From NCBI GenBank assembly GCA_000708835.1, contig DF237461.1, positions 1 through 64,000 of the forward strand: 64,000 nucleotides of DNA, read 5' to 3'. The DNA comes from Klebsormidium nitens (taxonomy: Eukaryota; Plantae; Klebsormidiophyceae). The position numbers and the translations under genes were made by a program. The first letter of the stretch is position 1. The number at the start of each line of letters is the position of its first letter. Shown here piece after piece: positions 49,001 to 60,445 of the stretch. The notes beneath the pieces were generated by a model. It was given only the letters and a program-made list of their open reading frames with translations, ran no database searches and was not told the origin of the DNA.

Positions 49001-52000
49001 TCAGCGGAGCGTTAATAGAATTGAGGAGAAAATGAGTGACGCCTTGAATCTATCTAAAAGTATAGTTTGCAACCAAAAAGCTTACAAGGATGACGATCAA
49101 TTCCGCACCCGAACGCAGTTTTCAACCTCACGTGTCCAATCTATTCATCAATGTAACAGCCGGAGCAAATATGCTATAGAAACTTCACAAGCATAAGGAT
49201 CAAAATTCATACAGAAAAGCTCAATGTCTGGATGGCTTTCAATCATCAACAAAAGGTACTGGAACGTTGTCTTGGTGACCCGGCACGCTTTTCACCTGTC
49301 TTCATAATCAAGGGCCAGCAGAAATGAGAACGATATACAGGTGACGCTAGTCCCAGGATTTCATCTCCATCTTGTTGCCAAGTGGGATGTGTTCTGACAG
49401 GACTGGAAGCATCTGCAGTCCGCAGTCAACAGCTTAAGGACACTCGACGTCTCTGTCTTCCTCAAATTTCGCAGACAAATCAATCAGGCAAAGCTTGTCA
49501 TAACAGGTCTGTACAAGCCTTGGAGAACCCCCAGCCCCAATCACCGATTGGCACTTCAAAACCTAAGAACAAAGCGCTCGCTTACACTGTGTCCAGTCTA
49601 GGCAAGAGACATCGCGATACCAAGTCAGCATCTTCCATAAAAAGAGCAAGGAAAGCAAAACCGGGATATGACCCAGACCTAATTGAGAGACCAGACCAGG
49701 ATCCAGGGCTCAACCAGCCAGTCCCCATCCTTACCTCGTTCAACTCTTCTTGGAACTTCTTCACTGCCGTGTCCAGAGATTTCGCCTCCATCTTGTGCTG
49801 CCGCTGCCGCAGCATCCGGTAGCGCTGCCTCTCTTCCGTCGCCTTGGGTTTCGGTCCCCTTCGCCGTTCCACGAGGGGCTCTGTGGCTCTCAATTCCAAC
49901 CCCCCATCCCCCCGCAACTCTTGCCCCTCTCGCAATCGCTCCTGGGGGGCCTCTGCGACACTCACTTCCACCCCTCCATCTTCCGAGAAGTCTCGCCCCA
50001 AGTCGACTGGAGCAGTCTCCGGTGCCCCTTCCTGGCCTAGATCCGAAAGCGATGCCGCCCGCTCCAAGTCTAATTCTTCGACGAGTAACCGGTTCCCACT
50101 CATGTCTGCTGATGCAGCAGACTCCCGTTCGAGGTCCTCCGTTTGCCAGTTGGTTGTACTGAGAGGTTCCGCCGTCCCCTCTTCTTCAGCCAACTGCTCC
50201 GCATCCAGGCCCCGCTCATCAAACACCTTCCCGAGAGCCCCTCTGACCCCCTCCCTCGCGCTCCCCCACTTGGCCTCGAACCGGCCCCAGTCCCCCTCCT
50301 TTTTCTGCCAATACTGCGTCCAAACAGCATTTCCCCCCTGCAACACCTCCCGCCAATCTCTCTCAGCACTCGACCCCTGCCGCCACAGGCGTGCATAGTC
50401 GTGGTAAACTGGGACAGTTACTTGACGCCGCACGGCCTGGTTGCTCCTGTGCCGCACCTGCTGCTCTGCGGCGGTGTCATCCGGCGGCTCCTTCCGGACG
50501 GGTCGCCGAACACCATGTAAGGCCACTCGGGGGCTGCCTTCCGGCTCACTTTTCTCGATCTCTGCTATTCGCAACGGAACCAGATGCGAAGCATTTCTAG
50601 TGAACAGGCCGGAGTGCGGCCGCAGGAAACTGCTTTTGCTGGATGAGAAAATATGCCTAGAGGAGACTAGATGACGAGGTGGGACCACTGATGCGGGGTG
50701 GTGAGAGAGTGCAGACTTTGCCAGCCCCCCGCAGCAAGGGGTGTGAAGAATTTCGGGAGCTGTTGCGGTAGCAGCCTTCATCAGCGGCAGGTCCGCTGGT
50801 GGCTTCGGTGGTGCTTCTGACTTTGCCCTAGCTCTGCGTTTCAAAGCTTGCGGCAATTCTCCTTCTTGCAACTTCAGCAGCTTGAGCAGTTTGCTCGAGT
50901 CCCGGCAGTGCTGCCCTAAGTAGCGAGCGCGCCACATCTTAGCAATAGATGCCTGCAAACAACCAAAGATATTTGATGCTCAACTGACAGGATACAATAC
51001 TGGCCTGAAGAGCATAAAGTATCCGAAAGATAGTAATCAGCTGAGCAACCAAAAGTCAGTGGTCAGGTGCCACATCTTAGCAATAGATGCCTGCAAGACA
51101 ACAGGAGTTCTTTGATGCTTGATTGAACTGACACAGACAACGCCCTCAAAAACGACCACCGAACGTTGATAAGAGATAAAAAGATCACAACCAGCTGAGC
51201 AACCAGAAAGTCACTGATCATTAAAGGGAACGATGGCCGGATGCAAAAAATCAAAGCCCTTGATAAGATCTGCTGATTCTACAACCTGCCACGTTCTTAC
51301 ACTTTAACAGTTCACCACCCATTAAGCGAGCGGGCGAGACCACTATCCACCAATCGGTAATGGTTCTCGAAGCCGATGAAACGACAGCATTGAAAGGTAC
51401 AATTCCAACTTTCAGCACACATGATTAATTTAGGAACTGTGAAAAGGTTCTTCCTAACCATCTCTTCTTTCCAAGCGGAACTCACCTCCCACGATCCCTA
51501 GCGCGCTCCGCTAGGCAGAACACTCACAGGATGACTGATGCTTCGCGCGTCATACTCTGACATCCGGAACTAGCTCTCTGAGCACTGAAGCTAGTAAGAT
51601 AAAACTTCTAGAAGCATTGACCCTCGCCCCCATTCACTGAATGGCACCGTGACTGCCTCATTGATTATTTGATATCATATTCTGAATAGCACACTCGGTG
51701 TGCGCCAGCAAGTATTATACGGTTCGTGTCGATCACAGGTGATGAAAACAGGTGATGAGTATCGGCCCTAATTCCGGAATTTCGCAATTCCGGACGGGTA
51801 AACCAAAAACCTTATTCCGGACCTAACAAAGCAGTCTACCGAGCACGCTGGGGCTTTCACCAGTTCCAATTCCGGATGGTTCGCACGCTATTCCGGACAC
51901 CGTGTGTCAACTTACCGACCTAATCTGTTATGTCCGAAATAAGGTTTTTGCTTTACCCGTCCGGAATTGTGAACTTCCGGAATTAGGGCCGATACTCTCA

Positions 52001-52170
52001 GGGCCCAAAGAGGAAAAGGCGGGGGTGCTCGGAGGGCGGCAGTCTCCGCGGTTTCGATGGTAAAGTTGAGGGCGGGAGGTCTGTACCGGGCAACTGCCGA
52101 GAAACGGGAAGCTGCGCTCACGTCACTGCTGAAGAGGGGATCCCGGATCGAGTCTCGTCGAACTTACCAT
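40040..52170 (-). CDS. RpoT: Nuclear-encoded phage (T3/T7)-type organellar RNA polymerase, about 1,590 aa. Exons 52170-52168, 50952-49735, 48974-48709, 48139-47717, 47322-47154, 46691-45715, 45327-44988, 44095-43907, 43073-42939, 42420-42133, 41720-41473, 40949-40793, 40405-40040
   Basis: [68 protein letters not shown] (motif A), [16 protein letters not shown] (motif B), [39 protein letters not shown] (motif C). All phases are consistent. The ATG-only first exon is inferred. Confidence 0.95.
42414..42510 (-). repeat. 65-bp tandem duplication of the RpoT exon-10 acceptor
   Basis: ccatgatctgatgaggggaagagcgaa (42414) recurs as ccatgatctggaaaggggaagagcgaa (42479). Confidence 0.75.
43021..43500 (-). 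repeat. Three tandem copies (spacing about 157 and 168 bp) of the RpoT exon-9 acceptor plus [13 protein letters not shown]
   Basis: Exon-like starts at 43073 (functional), 43230 (acceptor CGG) and 43398 (acceptor CAG, reads [17 protein letters not shown]). Confidence 0.9.
43549..43965 (-). repeat. Three tandem copies (spacing about 182 and 176 bp) of the RpoT exon-8 3' half plus donor
   Basis: [21 protein letters not shown]|GT ends at 43907. Related copies end at 43725 (4-nt deletion) and 43549 ([21 protein letters not shown]|GT). Confidence 0.9.
44038..44930 (-). repeat. Degenerate tandem array (at least 4 units, about 153-164 bp) of the RpoT exon-8 acceptor plus exon start
   Basis: Exon-like starts at 44095 (functional), about 44250, about 44403 and 44567 (intact [23 protein letters not shown]). 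More decayed units with gatgacgtcag/caggacgt motifs extend to about 44930. Confidence 0.85.
50930..51230 (-). repeat. 138-bp-spaced tandem duplication of the RpoT exon-2 acceptor
   Basis: gccacatcttagcaatagatgcctgcaa occurs near 50932 and 51069. cagctgagcaacca(g)aaagtca also recurs near 51039 and 51193. Confidence 0.85.
51757..51997. mobile_element. 241-bp foldback/MITE-like element with about 72-bp inverted termini in RpoT intron 1
   Basis: gagtatcggccctaattccggaa...ccttattccggacctaaca is mirrored by tgttatgtccgaaataagg...ttccggaattagggccgatactc. Seven TCCGGA motifs. No clear target-site duplication. Confidence 0.7.
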
Positions 52171-52715
52171 CTGGCAATGGTATTTCCATTGTTCTGGTGA
52201 TGCTCGCGTCGCTAGTTTCTAGCGTTCAATGCTGTCCAGTCTAGCTTCAATGAGCAAAAGTGCGATCGAAGTGTGAGTATTGAGCGCCCGTGCTACCTCG
52301 CTTGCGTTAGGCATCCACTTACTTCAAGCAGGCTGCCCGCTGGGACAAGCGACCAGGGAAGGGCCCCTTGCACCAAACGGGCGCTGTAAGACAGCTTGCA
52401 TTTCCACTTTGAAAGAAGCACATGCGAAGGCACTGCGTTAAACACAACAAATCATCCGCGGTGGCAACTGATTGAGCACGTGCCTCTTCTATCTTACTTG
52501 TTCGTCAAAAAGTGTGGACTAGCTTCTTTGCATAGATTATCAATGATTTTTCAGCACATTGCATGCAGAACACAGCTTCCACGTTTCTTCCACGTTTCTT
52601 AGCGGACTGAAACGTATTGGTGCTCTTGCTTTTCTACCGCAGCTTTGGGGCTCCTCAATTGAGCGATTACAACCATATAGAGCGGCTTCTCAGAATATAA
52701 GCAGAGTAACTCAAG

Positions 52716-55700
52716 ATGGAAGGGGTGGAGGTGGTTTCGCGGGACGAAGAAGAGATGCTTGCCAGGAAAATGGAAGAACTGGAGGCACATGAGTGGGTAT
52801 GTATAATCTCCGCTGTCCTTTGGAGCTGCACATTAAGATTGGAAGCAGCAATGACTCTCTGAGCTGGTAGATTGCTGCATTTGTTATGTTTGTTTAATAC
52901 AAAGTGGTGGTGCCTGAAGGGATCACATTGTCTTCACTTCCACGTTTCTACAAGCAACGTCATTTGAATGCCATCCCAGAGTCTCTGCCCTGACAGCAAT
53001 ACTCTGTTCTGTGAATCCTTGCTCTCTGGCAAGGGCGTTGGACAGGTGCCAAATTTCATGCGTCGATGACAGGTTGCATACGTGCATTGGCATGCTTGGT
53101 TAATGGCACGGGTTGCTTTCAAGTTCTTGCCTCTATACCACTGCATATCAGCAGACTAGGGAAGTAGATTGTGACTCGTTTGTCAATATTAGGTCTGTCA
53201 CAGACAGTCATTGAACTTGGCCCAAGGGTGCTCCGCCCGCAAAACCTAGCAGAAGGAGCTGAAGTAAGGCAATATAATCCTGTCCCAATCGTGGTTACAG
53301 GAACAGTCTGACGAGTCTGAGGAAGAAGCTGCCGCGCCTCGTTACACCCTCCCCGACAATCGCCCTTCCCCGGTGCTCCGGCCGGATGATTCGGCGGGGC
53401 CGTCCTCAGCCCCCCCACAGAAACGAAAGTTTCAACGACGGAAGCGGAGCGAAGCTAAGGACCGTCCCTATCGACCACGATGCTACTTTGATCTTTCGCT
53501 CGACGGGGTTGCCGAGGGGAGGATTGTGGTCCAGCTGTACTCGGACGTGGTTCCCAAGACTGCGGAGAACTTTCGGGCTCTCTGCACGGGTGAGGCCTCG
53601 TTGTGACCTCTCATGTGTCCCCTGGATTGTTGTCCATGTGACCTGATTCTAATGTTATTGACCCCTGTCTTTGAGTGCATCCATCCCTGCTTGAGAACTT
53701 CACCCCTGGTCTTTGGTTACGCATGGCTGAATAGCGTGGGATTTCAGGAGATGGGTTTCTGGGTGCCTCCAGTTTTGACTTCCAAGGGAGCGCTTACACC
53801 AAGAACAGTATTTTTGACTGTGGCTGGGCAAACCCGATTGTGATGCGGGCTTGAGTCCGGGGCTTTTACGTCCTTCAAACCAAGCGTATGAAGCAAGGTC
53901 CTTTATTTTGACACGAAGACGAATGATTTGTAAGGAGGCTTGGATCAACGAATTCCCCAAAGTACCGACCGCGGCCCCGTCTCTCAATGAGCAATCAGGC
54001 GGTCACAGAAGAAGCTGCTCGGGTATCCGGATCTAATTTGATCCTGCTTCTACTGCAGGCGAAAAGGGCATCGGAGAGAGCGGCAAGCCGCTTTGGTTCA
54101 AAGGCAGCACGTTCCATCGAACGATCCCCATGTTCATGATCCAGGTGCGGCTGTGTTTTGTACAAAATTGAGCAAGACTTTGTCCCTTCTGTACACATTG
54201 AATCTCTCATCTAGCGCTGCAATGCATAAATTGTGCCCAACCAACATTTCCGCGTTTCAACAGCCAAGGCAAACCATTTGGTTGGCATCATTTAGAGCGT
54301 CACAAGCTCTCTTGGTGTGAGTGGTTCGACCCGCATTGCTAGCGCGACGGCACCTGCTGCTCCAATTTCTCCTATTCCTCCGTGTCAAACGTCCTGTCTG
54401 CTCACCTTTGAGCGGGAAAATCTGATCTATCGACGAAATTTCGCGCCTTCTTTGCAGGGGGGTGATTTCACAAAAGGAGACGGCACCGGGGGCGAGTCAA
54501 TCTATGGCAGGACTTTCGAGGTGAGCCGCTGACGTTTCATTTTCTGTCGGTTTTAGTCCATGCTTGACCCGTCCTCGACCGAACCAGTCATGAGACAGCA
54601 ACCGAGATTGTTGAATCGAGGAAGTGACGTATCCTTCATTACACGCGCCTGTGATCCGCTATCCTCTATTGCATAAATAATTGCTGTTTGATTTGGGGTC
54701 AGGACAAGTCCGCGCACAGCTGCGCACCCTGCGGGCGTTGCATTTACGGCAAGACAACGGAGATACAAACGAGACTCGAATTAGGCAGGCAAAAGCTCCC
54801 TTGACTTGAGTGCCCACAACAATACTTTCCGGTCCAAAGCCATTCAAGCAGTCTCAGCTCTAACAAACGCTGTGCGTTTCTGGTTCCGTTCCGCAGGACG
54901 AAAACTTCGCGTACAAGCACACTCGGAAGGGCTTGCTGTCGATGGCAAACGCGGGGCCCAATACGAACGGCTCCCAGTTCTTCATCACCGTCACCAAGAC
55001 GCCGCACCTGGACGGGAAGCACGTCGTCTTTGGCAGAGTGAGGAACATAGTCCAAGATCTCGATGAGATGGTCATATATCATGGCACGTTGGGCGCAGCG
55101 TTTCCAAAGATACGAATCATGTCCAGGGACCGAAACCCACAATCTGGTCATAGTGAATCTCGGACAAACCGCTCACCAGAATTTACTTGTCGATTTTATT
55201 GAAGGACCTTGTCTGCGGGGAGTCGGTTCCGCCAGATGTTTTAGGCAATCTCATGAGGCTCCGCTCTCTGTTCCCGCCATCAGGTGCGAGCTGAAGGGAG
55301 CAACCGCTACCTAAGGAGCCGGTTCCAGCTCACCGGGAGGATTGTCCCCCTGATTCTAAACAGTGGTCGCTCAGAGTTCTGGGACAGGTTTGACTTGTCC
55401 GAGCGCTAGAGAATCGACGAGCTAGACGGCAAACCCGAGCTGGTCATGAAAGGGACAACTCATCCAGAAGGAGTCGACGCGTGTTCTCATACGTGCCGCT
55501 CTTCTGCAGGTCATCCACGGATATGGCCTGGTCAAAGTGCTCAGCGACCTCCCGACCGATGGGAAGGCGGACCGGCCCCTGAAAGAGATCCGTATCACCG
55601 ACTGCGGAGAGTTCCGTCAAGTGAGCAAGAAAATGAGGCCGCCCTTTATATCGATTGGGTGTTGTAAAAGCAGCGATACTAACCCTTTGAATTCATTCAA

Positions 55701-58700
55701 TGAATTCCGAGTCGACCTTGTGAGATTTCTCAATTGATAGGAAAGTCTCCGGACGTGTATCAAGGAGGTCAGACAATTAGAGCTTGCGTGCGAGTGGCCG
55801 CATAAGTAGCAACCCCCTTTCAAGAAGAAAATCACGGTCGGGGTCATACCATACATCAGTTGCCACTCTTTTGCGATGAACTCTGATGGCACCACGGTAG
55901 TATCTGTCAATCGGCTCATCCGCAACGCGATTTCCGCAAATAAATATTGTAAAACGAGTGCCGACTTCTTTTCGGAGAAGAAGAGCTGACGGTCATTAGA
56001 ATGCTGCTCTTCGTTACTGAACTTCAGAGGTACTCCTGAGGTTGTCAATGGAGAGGGCGGGCTGTGAGACAAGTGGACACAGTCTTCGGCTCTTACTGCC
56101 AGGGGAAGCCAATGTTGGTCACGGAGCCTGTTGAGGGAGCTCGACCAGTTTTACGAATGCATGCGCTCGCAGAATGAAAGAAATTAGACCCCAGGAAGAA
56201 ACGAAGAAAGACGGAAGCAAGTTCTACAGGATTGACTCTGTCAAATGCCTCCGATGGTAATCATGGGCCTAACGACTGGGCTTCAAGCTCGCAGGTCCAG
56301 TGATAGAAGAATGATCCTAAAAAGGTTCGGGATGAAGGAGCGCTTCCTGTCGTTTCCGGTTCAGGGGGATCCGATGGTGGTTACGGGCCTACTGGGCGAC
56401 GGCGACGAGTTTTACGACTGGCCGGCGGACATGTACGACCCGCCCCAGGACGTCGAGTGGTGGCTGGAGGCGCAGGAGGCGATCCGAAGCATCGGCAACG
56501 GGTACTTCAAAAAGGGGGAGTTCATGCAGGCGCACCGCAAGTACCAGAAGGCGCTCAGGTGAGGGACCGGCAAGGGGAACAGGCCGCCCGGCATTGACCC
56601 TTTTGAAATTCCGCAAGAGAAGAGAAGGGTGATCCGTTCTGCACACTCCGCAAGAAAAGAGAAGGGGTTGCATCCAGAAGAGGAACAGACGGGCGCAACG
56701 AATGAGTGAAGCAGTACGGAAGTGGCATGCGGCGCCGGGAATCACACTGATCGTCCTGGCACTGATCGTCCTGGCCACGTCATACCAGGAAGCTTATGTG
56801 ATGCGTCAAATCTTTGAAGAAGGAGAAGGCGCGGGATCGCTCCGCGTCTTCAAACGGGCGCGAGCGGCAAGCGCCTAGCAGCGCTGCACGAAGAGTAGTC
56901 GTCAAACGAAGACAGAGTGGCTTTTGGGTCTTCGGCATCTTACAAGTGATTGCACTGTCTGTCCAGATACTTCGACCAGTCGTGGCGGAAGGACGGCCTG
57001 TCCCCTGACGTCAGCATCAAGCTGAAGCAGGCGCGGTATGCTACCCTGCTCAACCTGGCGGTAAGCCCGCGTGCTTTGCGAACCGACTTCTTATCTGTTT
57101 CGGTTTGGCCGAGCTTGTAAACATGATCATCCCCCCCCAACCTGTAGACTTGTCGCACATCTGCTGGAAGGAGACGAGGAGTCTGCTTTTCGCTGCGCGC
57201 TACCATTGCACGTTTTTCAAAAGCAGTGGGAATCCCAGCGGTTCTCCTTGCCTCCTCCCGAGGGTTTTCATCGTCGAACCGATTCGGCCGGCAGAAAGCT
57301 TGACCGGCTAGCGTTCGACATGTATACAAGTCCCAGCCTCAAAACCCGGCAATCTAAACACAATGTTTCGTCAAAGCCCGAACAAGCTCATGATTTATTG
57401 TCCCGCAACCCCCGGCCGCATTCAGTGCAAACTGCGGCGGGCGACTCGCGGAGGCGGCCCGGAAATGTTGACTATCCAACCGCTCGTATTTTCCAAGCCC
57501 TCAGAATCCTGCGATTCTGCGGGGAGTTGTGCGCGCTGCAGCTAAACAACCCCACGGACGCGATCCAAACGACCCATTTTCCCAACCCTACTTTCTGCTC
57601 AGTCGCTCGCCGCAGTCGAGCAAGCTGGGCGACCCTAAGACGCGGTTGAATCTCAACGCCGTAGCTTCGACTGAAACCCTGTAATTCTGCGTTTGTGCGC
57701 GCCCAGTCGTGCAAGGTGCGGCTGGGCAACCACGGACGCGATCCGGAGCACTCGAAGATGCAAACGCCCTCAACTCCAAAAATAATCAAACCCTGCGTTT
57801 TTGACGCCCGCACTTCTTTTCAAACCCCTGAACTCGTGCTATTTCTTGAGCGCAGTCGCGCAAGCTGGGGCTGGGCGACCCCGGACACCATCTGAGCATT
57901 CGAAGACGTAGTTACTTAAACCCGGAACTTAGCGTTCAACCATTCGGACGCGCCTTTTTAACACCCCTTACTTAGAAAATCCCTAAAACCCCGCGTTTTG
58001 TGCGCAGTCGTGCAAGCTGCGGCTGGGCGACCCCGCGGACGCAATACTTCGCGCAGTCGCCGCTCCGCGAACCCCCCTAGCTTCTAAACCCCTAACCTCT
58101 GCGCATTCCTAACCCACATTCGCACGCGGAGTCGTACGAGCTGCGGTTGGGCAACCCCGCAGACGCGGTTTGGAGCATTCAAGCTGCAAACGCCCGTGAC
58201 TACGAAATCCCTCAAACCCTGCGTTTTTGGCGCCCGAGATTTCTTCAATGTCCCTAAATCGTTGTGATCGAGCGCGCGCAGTCGTGCAAGCTGCGGCTCG
58301 GCGACCCCGCGGACGCGATCCGGAGCACGGAGTACGTCCTGAGCGAGCAGCCGGACCACGTGAAAGCGCTCTACAAGCGGGGCCAGGCGCGCGCCGCCAA
58401 CTCGGAGCTGGACGAGGCCCTCCAGGACCTGACCAGAGCAGCTGAGCTCGCGCCAGCGGACGGTGAGGCCCTGTTTTGGATGGAGGTGAATGTTGGGGTG
58501 GTTGCGCTCTGGTCTAAGCTGGGTCTATGGTTCAAGTTTCCAGTCCGGAATGTTGCTGCTCCTTGTTTCCGACCGGATTGTTGGCCGATCTGTGTGGAAT
58601 GGCTATGTTTTATGTATTTTTTCAAAAATTGGGTCGTTCTAACTGTTTTCGTCAGAACGATAGTTTCCAGAAAGTTCTGGGACGTGAGCTTTGCATCCGC

Positions 58701-59029
58701 CCCGGTTCGGCTGATCTTTCTTGCTTTATAAGGCTGGACGATCTTCTTTCCTTGCTTCCATCTCTTCAACGAAAGTTTTGTCGGAATGTGCAACACATGC
58801 CCGATATGGTTCGGAGCTTGGCTGGTGTGCTTAGCTCTTGTCGCACGTTCTTACAATCGGGATCTAGTGGCTTGGAAGGAAGACCACACTTATGGTGTGC
58901 TTTGAAGAGTATGTTACCGGGTTATGTTTGAGTGCAGTGAGCATCAAGGAGGAGCTCGTCAAGGTGCGAAAAAAGATTCAGCAGCGGAAGGACAGCGAAA
59001 AGAAGACGTACGCTCGGATGTTCTCATGA
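52716..59029 (+). CDS. CYP40: Cyclophilin-40 (PPIase plus TPR domain; SQUINT/PPID-like), about 443 aa. Exons 52716-52796, 53301-53589, 54059-54144, 54458-54520, 54897-55037, 55510-55620, 56365-56558, 56967-57060, 58282-58462, 58938-59029
   Basis: [96 protein letters not shown] (His at the CsA-binding Trp position, as in CYP40). TPR segments [17 protein letters not shown] and [10 protein letters not shown]-terminus [10 protein letters not shown]. Confidence 0.95.
57420..58330 (+). repeat. Degenerate tandem array (about 8 units) of the CYP40 exon-9 acceptor plus [12 protein letters not shown]
   Basis: Copies start at about 57426, about 57535, 57616, 57707, 57856, 58008, 58132 and the functional 58282, e.g. 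gcgcag|tcgtgcaagctgcggctgggcgaccccgcggacgc at 58008. Confidence 0.9.
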
Positions 59030-60445
59030 CAGATTGTCTATAGTACTGGCGCTCTGGAGCGACACTTCACGAAACTTTTTGAAAGTAAATGGTATAGTCG
59101 GACAGGCAAACAATCTTGAAGTGCGACACTGCAAGACATAGAAGCTAAGTGAGATTGTAAACAAATGTCAACATACACATCTGCAACGTCGCGATTGTTG
59201 GGTGGACTTAAGAGATGCAGTTGAACTTCTTGACAATTTTCTGCTGCCGACCTTTCAAACTTGCTTTGCACGCCTTGAGGCGGCGCGGCTGGAATAAGAG
59301 CTAAGGCCGACAACCGAAACAATCCCGTAAATACGCCGGCTGTATGTCCGACTGAGGGCTGTTTGAAGGACCGAGCATTCTTTAAGGGCAAAGCTAGACG
59401 GGCGCGCCGTTGCGGCACATGCTTAGTACCTGTATTTTCGACGTAAAAAGCAATAAACATTCCACTTATGAATGCTAGAGATTGATGGAATTTTACAGGG
59501 GGCATTGCATCAGTAGGTTCAACGCTTCACTAGTCGATCGCAATATGTGGCACACATGACATGCATGTTACAGCTAGCTGCAACACTGGTCTGCCGATAG
59601 GAAGCTAGAGCTGAAGCGCAGAATTCATTTAGCGCGAGCACACTTGCTAATCAGCGAGCGCTGGCATGAATTTACGTGCATGCAGACTGTAGGTGCTGCA
59701 GTCGCGGCATGTATATATTCGAAGGAAACGCTCCCGCGGCAGGTGACACGGCGGCCATCATTACTAAATGTCCGTGTCATTTTCGGATATCCCAATTCGG
59801 TGTCCCGCAATCTCGACTTGAACGGCCACCGGGCGCGACTAGCTTGAACTTGTCTGCCATCAGTAACAGATCCTTATGGATATGCAATGATTTGCCGCAA
59901 AGCATCTTAAGTTTTGCCTAGTGCGCGCCTGCAAATCCAGCTCGAGGCCTCCTAGAGTACGTCCTCCTCAGTTCGGGCTAATTGTGCTACTCTCCTCACG
60001 TGCATGTAAATGCGCAAGCAACTGGATTGTCTTGTGGACGGTGCAAGTCTCCAAGCGACACACAAAATCTACCCCTACAAGTATGTTTCTAATAGGCCAA
60101 AGCCCTTCAGGAACTGACCCGGATTTGACGTGCTAGCTTCGAGCGCTTTGTGGCGAATGCAATCGACAAACAAGCTACTGTCAAAGCTCGGAGCGGCCGA
60201 TTCGACAGAAAGTCCTAATTTAGATCTCTAGAGCTCGTCTGATGACAAGCTACCTGTCCTTAGCGGGCAATGCGACCTATACCACCTGATATCGGTGTTT
60301 CAACACGGCATCTATTTTGTTGTCGAGACACCTGCATGCTGTCGAATCTTGCATGCTGTCGAGTCTGTAATCGTGCACCCGACCCTTCATCATTGCCGCG
60401 AAAAACCGCACTCAAGCGGGACCGAAACAACACACGCGTGAGCTT

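Noticed and set aside
14243-52170. Apparent clustering of organelle-targeted genes (LepA, STIC2, HDDC2-like, GLX-like, RpoT)
   Set aside because: Organelle-targeted genes are a large share of algal genomes and these act in unrelated pathways; there is no evidence for a functional cluster.
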